The notes: generated by a model not told the origin, from the sequence alone. Counted from the stretch's first letter, positions 1 through 8,602 are shown. The stretch: 32,000 nucleotides of DNA from Candidatus Methylomirabilis limnetica (GCF_003044035.1 NZ_NVQC01000017.1:30001-62000); one strand, 5' to 3'. Program-made: numbers and translations.

Positions 1-1237
1 CTGGCCCCTCACCTTCGTGGATCAGCCGGGAGGTAATCACAATGTTCCCCTTTCGGGGGGTCGCTTCGCACGCGTTAGCGAGTAGGGCAACGAGGGCCTG
101 TTCCAGATAGCCCTCATCAAGGGGGACAAGCGGCAATGTTGGGGATGGGATCAAGTCAAGCGTGATCTGCTTCCCCTCGATCATCGGGCGAACCACATCA
201 ACCGCCTGCATGACCACTCGGTTCAGATCGAAAGGGATCAAGGTTGGCGTAATCGGTTTCAAGGCAAAGAGAAAGTTGTACGCCCATTGGTTCAAGCGAT
301 CAACGCTTTCCACAATGCTCTGAAGCGTAAGCCGAACCTCTGCGGACTGCTCCGATCCCTTGAGGGCTGCCTGAGCGGCAGACCGGATGCTCGCCAATGG
401 GTTACGGATATTGTGGGCAATACAGGAAGAGAGCTCGCCGGCCGCCGCCAATCGTTCGGCTTGAAGCAAGCGTTCCTGAATCCCCTTAAGCGACTGGGCC
501 ATGCGATTGATCGAGGCCGCCAGATCGCCTAATTCATCTTGGAACGTGACCTGGACACGATGATCCAACTCTCCGGTACTGATGATCGCGGTCGAGCGAC
601 CGATCGCCCGAAGAGGCTTTACCAGCCACCGGTGAATTCCGAACAGCAGCCCGCTGCCCCACGCGAGGGCGAGTAGCACGACGACTCCGGCCAGCAGTTC
701 TCCCTGAGTCGCGACGGCGCGGGTCCGTTGCATCGACTGCTGTGCGGCTGCGTCATAATAGGCCCGCAGCCGGTCAATCTGTTCGTCTTGCCGCAGGAAC
801 GCCACTTGCTCCAGTTCCCGCTCGACCCGCTGTATGGCCCGCTCCCGAACGCCTTTCTCGAGAAGTTCAAAAATCTCCCTCACAAGCTGTGTAACCTGTC
901 GATGCGCCGTCTCGAGCGCGTGAATCCGCTCCTCCTCCGCCCTCGACTGGGAATGCTTCCGGAGGTCAGCCAACTCCCCCTCCACCGTCACCCCCAGGTT
1001 CTCGAACTCCCCCCGTGCGGACCGATCCCCACTCACAAACCGGTCGAGGATCTCCTTGATCTGCCGATACAAATCCCCCCGCAGCCGCTCGGCCCTCAGA
1101 CTCTGCGCGTGGGAGTAGGTGAGATCCCTTACTCCCGCCTCCCATCCTCGCAGAGCCCAGACCATGACGAGCCCGATGCAGACCACCAGGGTAAAGATGA
1201 CCAGATACCCGATGCGGAGCTTTGTGCGGATCAGCAT
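1..1237 (-). CDS. sensor histidine kinase (TM-HAMP-HisKA-start of HATPase_c); 3' end runs off the window
   Basis: Absent from ORF track because no stop lies in the window. Reverse-strand ATG at 1237..1235 opens MLIRTKLRIGYLVIFTLVVCIGLV (TM helix). A second TM follows, then HAMP-like LVKPLRAIGRSTAIISTGELDHRVQVTFQDELGDLAASINRMAQSL, H-box ELSSCIAHNIRNPLASI and N-box-like LEQALVALLANACEAT. The frame is open to position 1. Confidence 0.8.
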   Translation of the reverse strand, partial: MLIRTKLRIGYLVIFTLVVCIGLVMVWALRGWEAGVRDLTYSHAQSLRAERLRGDLYRQIKEILDRFVSGDRSARGEFENLGVTVEGELADLRKHSQSRAEEERIHALETAHRQVTQLVREIFELLEKGVRERAIQRVERELEQVAFLRQDEQIDRLRAYYDAAAQQSMQRTRAVATQGELLAGVVVLLALAWGSGLLFGIHRWLVKPLRAIGRSTAIISTGELDHRVQVTFQDELGDLAASINRMAQSLKGIQERLLQAERLAAAGELSSCIAHNIRNPLASIRSAAQAALKGSEQSAEVRLTLQSIVESVDRLNQWAYNFLFALKPITPTLIPFDLNRVVMQAVDVVRPMIEGKQITLDLIPSPTLPLVPLDEGYLEQALVALLANACEATPRKGNIVITSRLIHEGEGP

Positions 1238-1278
1238 GCGACTGATCGCCCCATAAGTTCTAAGCCATCAGCAATGAC

Positions 1279-1333
1279 TGTAGGGGCAGGGCTTGCCCTG
1301 CCCACAGACGGCGCAGCAAGCAGCGCCCCTACA
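1279..1333. repeat. REP-like palindromic element (family A: GGCGCAGCAAGCAGCGCCCCTAC)
   Basis: TGTAGGGGCAGGGCTTGCCCTGCCC...GGCGCAGCAAGCAGCGCCCCTACA has nested inverted repeats. The 23-mer 1310..1332 recurs exactly at 18476..18498. Intergenic between the TonB receptor stop and the kinase start. Confidence 0.6.
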
Positions 1334-1356
1334 TCAGTTGCTGCTGAGGGCTTTCT

Positions 1357-3558
1357 TCAGAACCGTACTCTGACGCCGCCATGTACGAGCAGCGGAGTAC
1401 CGGTGGTGACGATGCCATCGGCCGTCCTGCTGACCTCGTACGTCCTATCGAAGAGGTTCTCTGCCGCCAGGAAGAGTTCTCCTGCGGTCGCCCCTGGAAC
1501 GGGGATCGGTCGCGAGAGCATGAGGTCCACCACAAAGAAGTCGCCGAGCTTCAGTGAGTTGAGGTCGTCCTCAAATTGATCCCCGACAAACCGCCCCTGG
1601 ACGGAGACGTTGATGAGGGCAGGGTTGGTGTAATTCAGCTTCAAGGCAAACTGATGCCTCGGAACCTGGGCGATTCTTTTTCCCTCCAGATCCGGCTGGT
1701 TCGGGGCGCTCAAGACCTCAGTATGGTTATAAAGATAACTGCCTGAGGCGGTCCAGCGCGGAAGCGGACGATATTCCAGTTCGGCCTCGATCCCCCTGAT
1801 CCGTGTCCGGTCCAGGTTGTCCCGCTGTCGGCAGACGCCTCCGGCCGGAACGAAGCCGCAAGGAGCAACGGGGGCCCCCGCACCGATCCCCTTGGTGACG
1901 TTGACAACAGGATCCTTCACCTCGTTCCAAAAAGCAGTCAGCCGACCGAGAAGGTTGCTCATAATGGCATAGTCGGCCCCGACCTCTCCCCCGATTAGCC
2001 GTTCCGGATCCAGATCTGGATTGGCTTCGGTAATATCGTTTCGGACCCTGAATGGCCGAAATTGCTCATTGATAGTCGGCGCCCGAAACCCCTTGTAAAA
2101 AGAGCTTCTCAGCGAGAGTTGATCGGTGGCATGGTAAAGGAGAGCCACCTTGGGACTGAAGGCAAATTCGTCCCGATCGGGGAACGAACCAGGAGAAGTC
2201 GGAGTAATCGCCCCAGTTTGTTTATTTTTCTCAACGCGAGAGGCATTGAAGCTCTGCCAGGTGTCGAGCCGACCAGCGATCGTCACCTGCCATCCAGGTG
2301 CGGGAGTGAAAATGTCCTGAATGTAGGCGCCCGTCAAGACCTGCTCCCCACCGGCCTTCCGTCGCCGAGTGAACTCTCCTAGAGCCTGACTGAATGTGGC
2401 GTCTTCATTAGTTTCTCCGTCGATCCATCGCAGATCCGTTCCAGCCGTGAGCAGATGGGACTGAAAGACCCGCTTCGACCACTGCAAGTTTAACCCTACA
2501 TCCGTTGAGGGGACGTCGAACTGATTGAGCGCCGGGGTTTCCGAGTTCCGATTGGGAGCCGCAGAGGTAAAGGTGCTGCTAAACGTCTGCAGGTGCGAGA
2601 ACATTGTGAGCTGCCAGTCGCTTCCGTCGGCGGTTTTCAGCCGGCCTCCCGTGGCAATATAGCCGGTCTCGGTCTCATTATTCTGAAACGGGGTCCCGTT
2701 GCCGCGATCCTCCCGAAAGAAACTGCCGGCGAGAAAGAGCGAAGAGTTCAGGGAAGGGGTGTATTCCATCCGGCCGTTAAAGGTCTTATGGCTGGAGTTA
2801 GCATTGACATCTATCTTCCCCCGCTGATCCTTTCGAACGATCTTATAGCCGTCAGTATCAAAGAAGCTGCCTTCAAGAGAGATACCCCATGGGCCTGTAA
2901 CGTGGCTCACCAGCAGGTCGGCATCGACCGTGTCCCGGGTCCCGAGATCGAGCTTGGCTTGAGCGACCCGCGCCTCCGGCCGCCTGGTGATGATATTAAT
3001 GACACCTCCAAGCGCGTAGTTGCCCCAGACGCCTGAGCCGCCTCCGCGAGCGACCTCGATGCGCTCAATGCTCTCCATTGGCACCTTGTTCCAGTAAATC
3101 CAGCCGCCGAACGGATCGTTAAGCGGGACCCCATCCAAGAGCACCAGCGTCCGACTTACCCCGCTGGGCCCGATCCCGCGAAGGGAGACCCCCTGAGTCG
3201 TCGGATGGGTGACCAGGCTGCTGCTCCGCCTGAACAGACTGAACCCCGGGATCTGCCGCAGCAGATCGTCCACAGTCCTGGCCGGCGATTGCTCGATATC
3301 TTCCCGCGTGATGACCGTGACATTGGCCGGGACGTCCCGTAACCGCTGCTCGACTCGACTGGCGGATACCACAACCGGCTCCAGACGAACCGCCTCCCCA
3401 GCTCCACTTGGCACCGGCGAGTCGGTATCGGCGCCCCACGCAACCGGAGATGGTCGCATGAGGCCGCCGAGGGCGATAAGCCCTGCAACAACGATGATGA
3501 CCGAATGCGTTCCGAATTTTACTCTTCGTGTCAGCGTCATTCCCCCCCCCGTTCCCAT
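1357..3558 (-). CDS. TonB-dependent outer-membrane receptor
   Basis: 733-aa ORF with signal peptide (MTLTRRVKFGTHSVIIVVAGLIALGG...AWGAD). Plug-domain motifs (VTVITREDIEQSPARTVDDLLRQIPG, RGIGPSG..TLVLLDGVPLNDPFGG), long beta-barrel, C-terminal aromatic residue (..VRVRF). The start may be the second ATG at 3540. Confidence 0.9.
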   Translation of the reverse strand: MGTGGGMTLTRRVKFGTHSVIIVVAGLIALGGLMRPSPVAWGADTDSPVPSGAGEAVRLEPVVVSASRVEQRLRDVPANVTVITREDIEQSPARTVDDLLRQIPGFSLFRRSSSLVTHPTTQGVSLRGIGPSGVSRTLVLLDGVPLNDPFGGWIYWNKVPMESIERIEVARGGGSGVWGNYALGGVINIITRRPEARVAQAKLDLGTRDTVDADLLVSHVTGPWGISLEGSFFDTDGYKIVRKDQRGKIDVNANSSHKTFNGRMEYTPSLNSSLFLAGSFFREDRGNGTPFQNNETETGYIATGGRLKTADGSDWQLTMFSHLQTFSSTFTSAAPNRNSETPALNQFDVPSTDVGLNLQWSKRVFQSHLLTAGTDLRWIDGETNEDATFSQALGEFTRRRKAGGEQVLTGAYIQDIFTPAPGWQVTIAGRLDTWQSFNASRVEKNKQTGAITPTSPGSFPDRDEFAFSPKVALLYHATDQLSLRSSFYKGFRAPTINEQFRPFRVRNDITEANPDLDPERLIGGEVGADYAIMSNLLGRLTAFWNEVKDPVVNVTKGIGAGAPVAPCGFVPAGGVCRQRDNLDRTRIRGIEAELEYRPLPRWTASGSYLYNHTEVLSAPNQPDLEGKRIAQVPRHQFALKLNYTNPALINVSVQGRFVGDQFEDDLNSLKLGDFFVVDLMLSRPIPVPGATAGELFLAAENLFDRTYEVSRTADGIVTTGTPLLVHGGVRVRF
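3542..3550. repeat. C9 (G9 on coding strand) homopolymer between the two candidate start codons of the TonB receptor
   Basis: Plus strand reads t ccccccccc gttcccat. The coding strand reads ATG GGA ACG GGG GGG GGA ATG ACG. Confidence 0.9.
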
Positions 3559-3602
3559 TGTGTAGCGTGCCGCTCTACGCGCGAGATGAACTTACCATAT
3601 CA

Positions 3603-3785
3603 GTAACAGCTCAGGTGCTTAGGCTGTAGGCTGAAGGCTGTTAGCCATTGCGCACGGACCGAATCAAGGCACCCAGAACCTTTTCGGTCTCCATCATTCT
3701 TCGCGTCGCATTCGGAAAACGCCTGGCTCATCTGTACGCGATCCTACAGTCTAAAAACCTACAGTCTATCTACCTGAGTAGTTAC
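3603..3785. mobile_element. MITE-like element, copy A (183 bp) with terminal inverted repeats and 12-bp flanking direct repeat
   Basis: Ends GTAACAGCTCAGGT ... ACCTGAGTAGTTAC. Flanked by the identical CTTACCATATCA at 3591..3602 and 3786..3797. Homologous over its length to 6618..6776 in the same orientation. Confidence 0.65.
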
Positions 3786-3786
3786 C

Positions 3787-5127
3787 TTACCATATCATCT
3801 CATTGAACTGCTCTTCAACGGACAGTTTCTTATACAGCCATGTCCACTCACCCTTGTCGACCAGGATCGCATTCGGGATCGGCTCCCCGAAGTTCTGGGC
3901 CATAGAAAAGGTGTAGGCCCCGGCATTGAACACGGCGAGCAGATCGCCTGGAGTGATTGCCCCGCTGACGAGTGAGAGCGGAACAGGCTCTGACGGCACA
4001 CACAGGAAATCACCGACGTGATACATGGTTCGCCCAGGCGAAACATGACAAGGCATGACGACATATTCGGCGTTTTCGCGGGGCGGCAAGATATTCCGGC
4101 CCGCATCGACCAGAGCCCAGCGTCTATGGACCGTTCGCTTGCATGTCAGAATACTCGTCAGGCACGCGGCGGCGTCGTTCACCAGATACCGTCCGGGCTC
4201 AACGATCACCTGCCGATCGCCCGGCAGTCCGACAAGCGGCTCCAACATCTCGCGAATGAAGTGTCGGAACGTCTGACCCTGCGCCTCCATGGGATAGCGA
4301 CTGCCGAATCCGCCACCGAAGTCGAGGACGGGGATCCGGATCCCAAGATCGGCTTCCACCCGTCGGAGAAACTTCACCACTGCGGCAACGTGGGCCCGAT
4401 GCGCATCAGGTCTGTATTGCCTGGTATAGCTGTGGCAATGTACCGCACGAAGCGAGAGAGAGCTCGACGCGACGATCCTTCTCACCGCGCCAGCCGCCTC
4501 GCCGCTGGGCACGTCAAAGCCGAACTTCGATCCAGGGGGGGCGAACTGGCCCCGGAGGCGCCGCGACAGGAGTGGGTTGATCCTGATGCCCACCTCAATC
4601 GTCCTCCCAAGCCGTTGACCCAAGCTCTGGAGAAACGCGATCTCTGGCAACGACTCGACATTGATGAGTGATACCCCATCGATGACAGCGTGCTCCAGGA
4701 ATTCCGGTCGCTTCGCCGGGCCGTTCACGACAACCTGAGCTGGGGAAAAGCCGATCCGCCTGGCCAGCAGGTACTCATATTCAGATATCACCTCGACACT
4801 CAACCCCGCATCTCTCAGGAGCGACACCACACCACCCAGATAGCATGCCTTCAGAGCAAAGTGGATACGGATCGGGCAGGAGGACGCATCCGCGGCGGCT
4901 GTAACCTCTGCGATGTTGTCGAGCAGGCGCGCTGTTGAATAGACCAGGAGCGGCGTGCCGAGCGGCTTTACAATCTCCCGGCAGGAAAGGCCTTCGACCC
5001 ACACCTCCCCGCCCTTCACATGAAACGGGCCGCCCTGACTGAGAACGCGGCGCGTAGCTGATAATGCGGAAAACTGTTTGTCGCGGGTCATGCTTGTTCT
5101 TATGCGGGCGTTGTCGCGTGTAAGCAT
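3787..5127 (-). CDS. PLP-dependent decarboxylase, Orn/DAP/Arg decarboxylase (fold-type III) family
   Basis: 446-aa ORF. PLP-lysine context IHFALKACY, glycine loop LDFGGGFG, IVEPGRYLV, C-terminal beta-domain with GDFLCVPSE and FNAGAYTFSMAQNF. Substrate not assignable. An alternative ATG at 5091 lies 8 nt after the ATP-grasp stop. Confidence 0.85.
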   Translation of the reverse strand: MLTRDNARIRTSMTRDKQFSALSATRRVLSQGGPFHVKGGEVWVEGLSCREIVKPLGTPLLVYSTARLLDNIAEVTAAADASSCPIRIHFALKACYLGGVVSLLRDAGLSVEVISEYEYLLARRIGFSPAQVVVNGPAKRPEFLEHAVIDGVSLINVESLPEIAFLQSLGQRLGRTIEVGIRINPLLSRRLRGQFAPPGSKFGFDVPSGEAAGAVRRIVASSSLSLRAVHCHSYTRQYRPDAHRAHVAAVVKFLRRVEADLGIRIPVLDFGGGFGSRYPMEAQGQTFRHFIREMLEPLVGLPGDRQVIVEPGRYLVNDAAACLTSILTCKRTVHRRWALVDAGRNILPPRENAEYVVMPCHVSPGRTMYHVGDFLCVPSEPVPLSLVSGAITPGDLLAVFNAGAYTFSMAQNFGEPIPNAILVDKGEWTWLYKKLSVEEQFNEMIW

Positions 5128-6254
5128 GTCGACTCAATCTCGGCGGCGGCGCGCGTGAGTCGATCGAAGCACTCCGACCGGCTTTGCCCGCGCGAGAAGA
5201 CCGTACAGACCGGCTTCCCCTGTGCAATCCGTTCCTCTGCGAGCGGCAGATCTCGAGTACCCCGATCGAACCACCGCTGGGGATCATGGAAGATCAGAGT
5301 CTGGGAAGCGAAGAAGATGGCCTTACCGAAGCAGCCCGCGTCAGGATGAGCGAGGAGGTGAAAGTCAGGAAGCCTCCCCTGGCAGGCGTCGAGATGTATC
5401 TTGAAGATATTCAGGCCATAGGCCCGTTCGACCAACTCCATCGAGGCGGTATAGCGTGGATTAATCTCAAGTGGATAGACGGTCTTACCCTTCAGGATGA
5501 AATCGATTCCATTGACGCCCACAAGATGAAACTCTCGGGTAATGGCAGCAACGACCTGGCTTATGCTACCCACGAGATCGCCCCATTCGGCCTGCCCCGC
5601 CCCCATGGACCCGAGGATGCTCCCGCAGTAACGAAAACCGTCCGCCCCGAACTCTGTCCTGCCAACAAGCTGCTCGGAGATACCCAGCAGACACGCATCC
5701 CGACCATCCGCAGCGAACACTGCGCCACATGGCAGGCCGTCCAAGTACTCCTGAAGAAAATAATCAGCCTCAAGGCGATCTCCAGGCAGGTGAACGGCGA
5801 TCCCATGGCCACCCCCGCTTCGCAGCGGTTTGCGTAGCCACCGGATATCAGAATCGCGGTTGAGGGGCTTGGAACCAAAGGCGATCTTTGGCGCAGGGAT
5901 ACCGGCTCGCGCAAGACACTCAAAAAATCTGGCAGGGTCTCTCACCGATACCAGAACGGCGGGGCTGTTACCAAGAATCGGCTTCCCGCCGGCCATTACC
6001 TCAACCACTGATGGATGGTTTTCCAGGTTGGCGACGTAGACCAGGGCATCGAAGGTCAGGCCCGCAGATACCTGGATCAGGTGCCGGGGATCGTACGGAA
6101 TGTTGAGGTCCCGCTTAACCGAGCGATGCGTACATAGCAACCCCAGATCGAAATCCCCGAAGTAGTCAACCGCAACGATTCGATGATGTAGTCCGCTCCT
6201 AACCGCCGACTCCACCAGGCCACGCGCGCTGACTCCCGCAATCAGGATATCCAC
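5100..6254 (-). CDS. ATP-grasp family carboxylate-amine ligase (predicted ATP-dependent carboligase type)
   Basis: Track ORF is 5100..6353. I prefer the GTG at 6254, preceded by AAAGAGGAA, giving (M)DILIAGVSARGLVESA... Typical ATP-grasp features: WLRKPLRSGGGHGI, QEYLDG, VNGIDFILKGKTVYPLEINPRYTASMEL. Confidence 0.75.
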   Translation of the reverse strand: MDILIAGVSARGLVESAVRSGLHHRIVAVDYFGDFDLGLLCTHRSVKRDLNIPYDPRHLIQVSAGLTFDALVYVANLENHPSVVEVMAGGKPILGNSPAVLVSVRDPARFFECLARAGIPAPKIAFGSKPLNRDSDIRWLRKPLRSGGGHGIAVHLPGDRLEADYFLQEYLDGLPCGAVFAADGRDACLLGISEQLVGRTEFGADGFRYCGSILGSMGAGQAEWGDLVGSISQVVAAITREFHLVGVNGIDFILKGKTVYPLEINPRYTASMELVERAYGLNIFKIHLDACQGRLPDFHLLAHPDAGCFGKAIFFASQTLIFHDPQRWFDRGTRDLPLAEERIAQGKPVCTVFSRGQSRSECFDRLTRAAAEIESTCLHATTPA

Positions 6255-6318
6255 CGATTCCTCTTTCTGCTGATGTGGGAGCAAACGACAGCAGACTATA
6301 CGGAGTATGGGTACTGCC

Positions 6319-6596
6319 TCATCCAGGAAGGGGCACGCTTGCAACGAGGTCAAGGTTGGTAAGCGGATACAGAAGGCTGATGACCGTCGTGCCTTCCCGA
6401 ATCTTCAGTAATTCCGCCGGGGTAGGGCGCTGAATATTGATGATCACGTCTGTGGCGGCAAGTAGCGCTTCCGTTGAAGACCCTGTTGTGGTGCCGACCT
6501 GCTCCCCATTCCGGGCTGGAGGCGACTGTTACGCAAGCTGCCCGGGCCCGACGCGCTTTCGCATCACCTATGGACGCGGAGTGTACTAAAACGCGC
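6319..6596 (-). pseudogene. frameshifted, 3'-truncated remnant of an alanine dehydrogenase / NAD(P) transhydrogenase alpha (PntA-like) N-terminal domain
   Basis: One reverse frame gives GEQVGTTTGSSTEALLAATDVIINIQRPTPAELLKIREGTTVISLLYPLTNLDLV. By recall this aligns with E. coli PntA ..SEIILKVNAPLDDEIALLNPGTTLVSFIWPAQNPEL... The preceding part (..VTVASSPEWGAG, compare FTVAVESGAG) is in another frame. The homology stops about 90 aa in, next to the ATP-grasp gene. Confidence 0.5.
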
Positions 6597-6617
6597 CATC
6601 TAACGTCAATCACAAAT

Positions 6618-6776
6618 GTAACTACTCAGATGTTTAGGCTGAAGACTGAAGGCTCTGCATTATCTCGCAAGGCACGAATCAAGCCATTCAAGACCTTCTC
6701 GGTAACTCTTCTTTCGGAAACCCTGTGGTTACCCCTAAAAACCTTCAGCCTTCAGTCTATCTACCTGCGTAGTTAC
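6618..6776. mobile_element. MITE-like element, copy B (159 bp), same family and orientation as 3603..3785
   Basis: GTAACTACTCAGATGTTTAGGCTGAAGACTGAAGGCT ... AGCCTTCAGCCTTCAGTCTATCTACCTGCGTAGTTAC. The internal core aligns with copy A (..CGAATCAAG...AGACCTTCTCGGT..). No matching flanking duplication. Confidence 0.6.
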
Positions 6777-6934
6777 CATGGAAGTGTAGTGACCCTGCGC
6801 TGATAATCGTCCAGGCTCATAGTCTCAGCCACCACATTAGTGAAGAGCCAGAACTGCCCCCATGACCGCACCCAACGCAAGCGGGGGCTGATGGAAGCCG
6901 GCAAATCCATAGGGGCATTCTGGAGCTTCTCGGG

Positions 6935-8257
6935 CTATCGTCCGACCCCGCAATACGTAAACCCCAACGTGCGCACGCGCTCGGGTTCATAGGCATTCCG
7001 CAGGTCTACCAGGATCGGGCGGCGCATCAGCCCCTTCACCTTCTCCAGATTGAGGTTACGAAACTGATTCCATTCTGTGGCCAGGACCAACACGTCCGAC
7101 CCTTCTGCTGTGCTGTACGCGTCTGTTCGGTAATCCACCTCTGGCAGGACACGCCGCGCCTGCTCCATTGCTGCGGGATCGTAGGCCTGCACCCGGGCGC
7201 CCAGGCGCTGCAGTTCGCTTATAATAGCAAGGGAGGGCGACTGCCTGACGTCATCCGTATTCGGTTTGAAGGCCAATCCGAGCATGCCTATAGTAATCCC
7301 CTCCAGAGATCCGGGATCCGAAGAGGCCCCCAGGGCTCCGATAATCTTTTGCACCATCCGAAGTCTCTGCTGCTCGTTCACCTCAATGACGGTCTCAACC
7401 ACACGGGCCCGGCATCCATGTTCCCTCGCAATATTGACAAGCGCCCACGTGTCTTTGGGGAAACAGGAACCACCAAAACCCGGGCCTGGATGTAAGAACT
7501 TTGAACCAATCCGCTGATCAAGCCCCATCGCCTTGGCTACGGCGTGAATATCCACCCCCAGGACATCGCAAAGGTTCGCCATCTCGTTCATGAAGGTAAT
7601 TTTTGTTGCAAGGAAACTGTTTGAGGCATACTTGATCAATTCGGCCGTCTCGATCGTCGTAATCACAAAGGGGACATCGATGAGATACAGGGGGCGATAC
7701 AGATCCTGGAGGATGGCAACGGCCTGCGGATTATCTGCCCCAATGACGACTCGGTTGGGTCGCAAGAAGTCCTCAATCGCCGATCCCTCGCGTAGGAATT
7801 CCGGGTTGGAAGCGATATCAAACACTCCCCGTGGTCCGCCTTCATTCTCTTCGCTGATAATTTTCTGGATTATCCGCCCGGTCCCGACGGGGACGGTGCT
7901 CTTGGTCACGATTACTTTATATCCGTTCAGGTTCCTTGCCACGGTTCGGGCGACTTCCTCGACATAGCAGAGATCTGCAGAACCATCCTCTCTCGAAGGC
8001 GTTCCCACGGCGATAAAGACTACCAGGGACTCTCGAATCGCACGCGCCGTGTCAGTTGTAAACTGGATGCGGCCTTGCTCGAGATTTCTGTGCAGCATCT
8101 CGCCCAACTGCGGCTCGTAAATAAGGACCTCTCCTTTTGCGAGCCGATCGATGCGCTCCTCATCCTTGTCCACAGCGGTCACATGCAGACCAAACTCCGC
8201 GAAGCAGACCCCGGTGACGAGACCCACATAACCTGTTCCAATAATAGCGATATTCAT
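6935..8257 (-). CDS. ugd: UDP-glucose 6-dehydrogenase
   Basis: 440 aa. N-terminal Rossmann MNIAIIGTGYVGLVTGVCFAEFG, catalytic region GFGGSCFPKD, C-terminal UDP-binding domain. Confidence 0.92.
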   Translation of the reverse strand: MNIAIIGTGYVGLVTGVCFAEFGLHVTAVDKDEERIDRLAKGEVLIYEPQLGEMLHRNLEQGRIQFTTDTARAIRESLVVFIAVGTPSREDGSADLCYVEEVARTVARNLNGYKVIVTKSTVPVGTGRIIQKIISEENEGGPRGVFDIASNPEFLREGSAIEDFLRPNRVVIGADNPQAVAILQDLYRPLYLIDVPFVITTIETAELIKYASNSFLATKITFMNEMANLCDVLGVDIHAVAKAMGLDQRIGSKFLHPGPGFGGSCFPKDTWALVNIAREHGCRARVVETVIEVNEQQRLRMVQKIIGALGASSDPGSLEGITIGMLGLAFKPNTDDVRQSPSLAIISELQRLGARVQAYDPAAMEQARRVLPEVDYRTDAYSTAEGSDVLVLATEWNQFRNLNLEKVKGLMRRPILVDLRNAYEPERVRTLGFTYCGVGR

Positions 8258-8484
8258 AGAATTACTCCTTTCCTCGTCGAATCGATCTGCTCTTGGAGAT
8301 CATCCGCGTCCTCAACGTCCATCGCAGGATGATAGGAGACAAGCCAAAGGGGCCATCCAGTATTCGGTCGAACGAAAAGAGCGACAACGGAGGGCGGAGC
8401 GGGTTGGCCAATACGGGCTCAAGAGAGTAGGATCGCCGGTAGGAGTGCGTCAGGAGGCGATCGAAACACTGGAACGGCCGGGAA

Positions 8485-8511
8485 GAAAAAAAAGGTCGCG
8501 GCCATGACCTC
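8485..8511 (-). terminator. possible intrinsic terminator downstream of tatA
   Basis: On the minus strand: AGGTCATGGCCGCGACC followed by T8 (A8 at 8486..8493 on plus). The stem is short and imperfect. Confidence 0.4.
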
Positions 8512-8602
8512 TCAACGAGCCGTGCAGGCGCTGGAGTGAGCCTGCCGAGAGCTGAGGCAGGGTGCCCAATCGGCTCGCCGTAACGGTTCGTCGTAAAACG
8601 CG

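Noticed and set aside
728-1579. Long ORFs on the strand opposite annotated genes (also 11736..12338, 14315..15133, 15616..16179, 17275..18027, 19977..20618, 21694..22431, 24983..25609, 29204..30094, 30812..31429).
   Set aside because: They are Arg/Pro/Ser/Gly-rich, low-complexity shadow frames typical of high-GC DNA. Each is fully antisense to a gene with clear family motifs, and none shows a recognisable domain.
3559-3786. Possible riboswitch (for example cobalamin) in the long leader of the TonB-dependent receptor.
   Set aside because: Most of the spacer is the TIR-bounded element with a target-site duplication. A homologous copy lies at 6618..6776, not upstream of a transporter. No B12-box-like core was seen.
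8254-8322. A 22-codon minus-strand ORF (MDVEDADDLQEQIDSTRKGVIL) whose TGA overlaps the ugd ATG, as a possible leader peptide.
   Set aside because: There is no Shine-Dalgarno sequence upstream of its ATG and no supporting feature. An ORF of this size is expected by chance.
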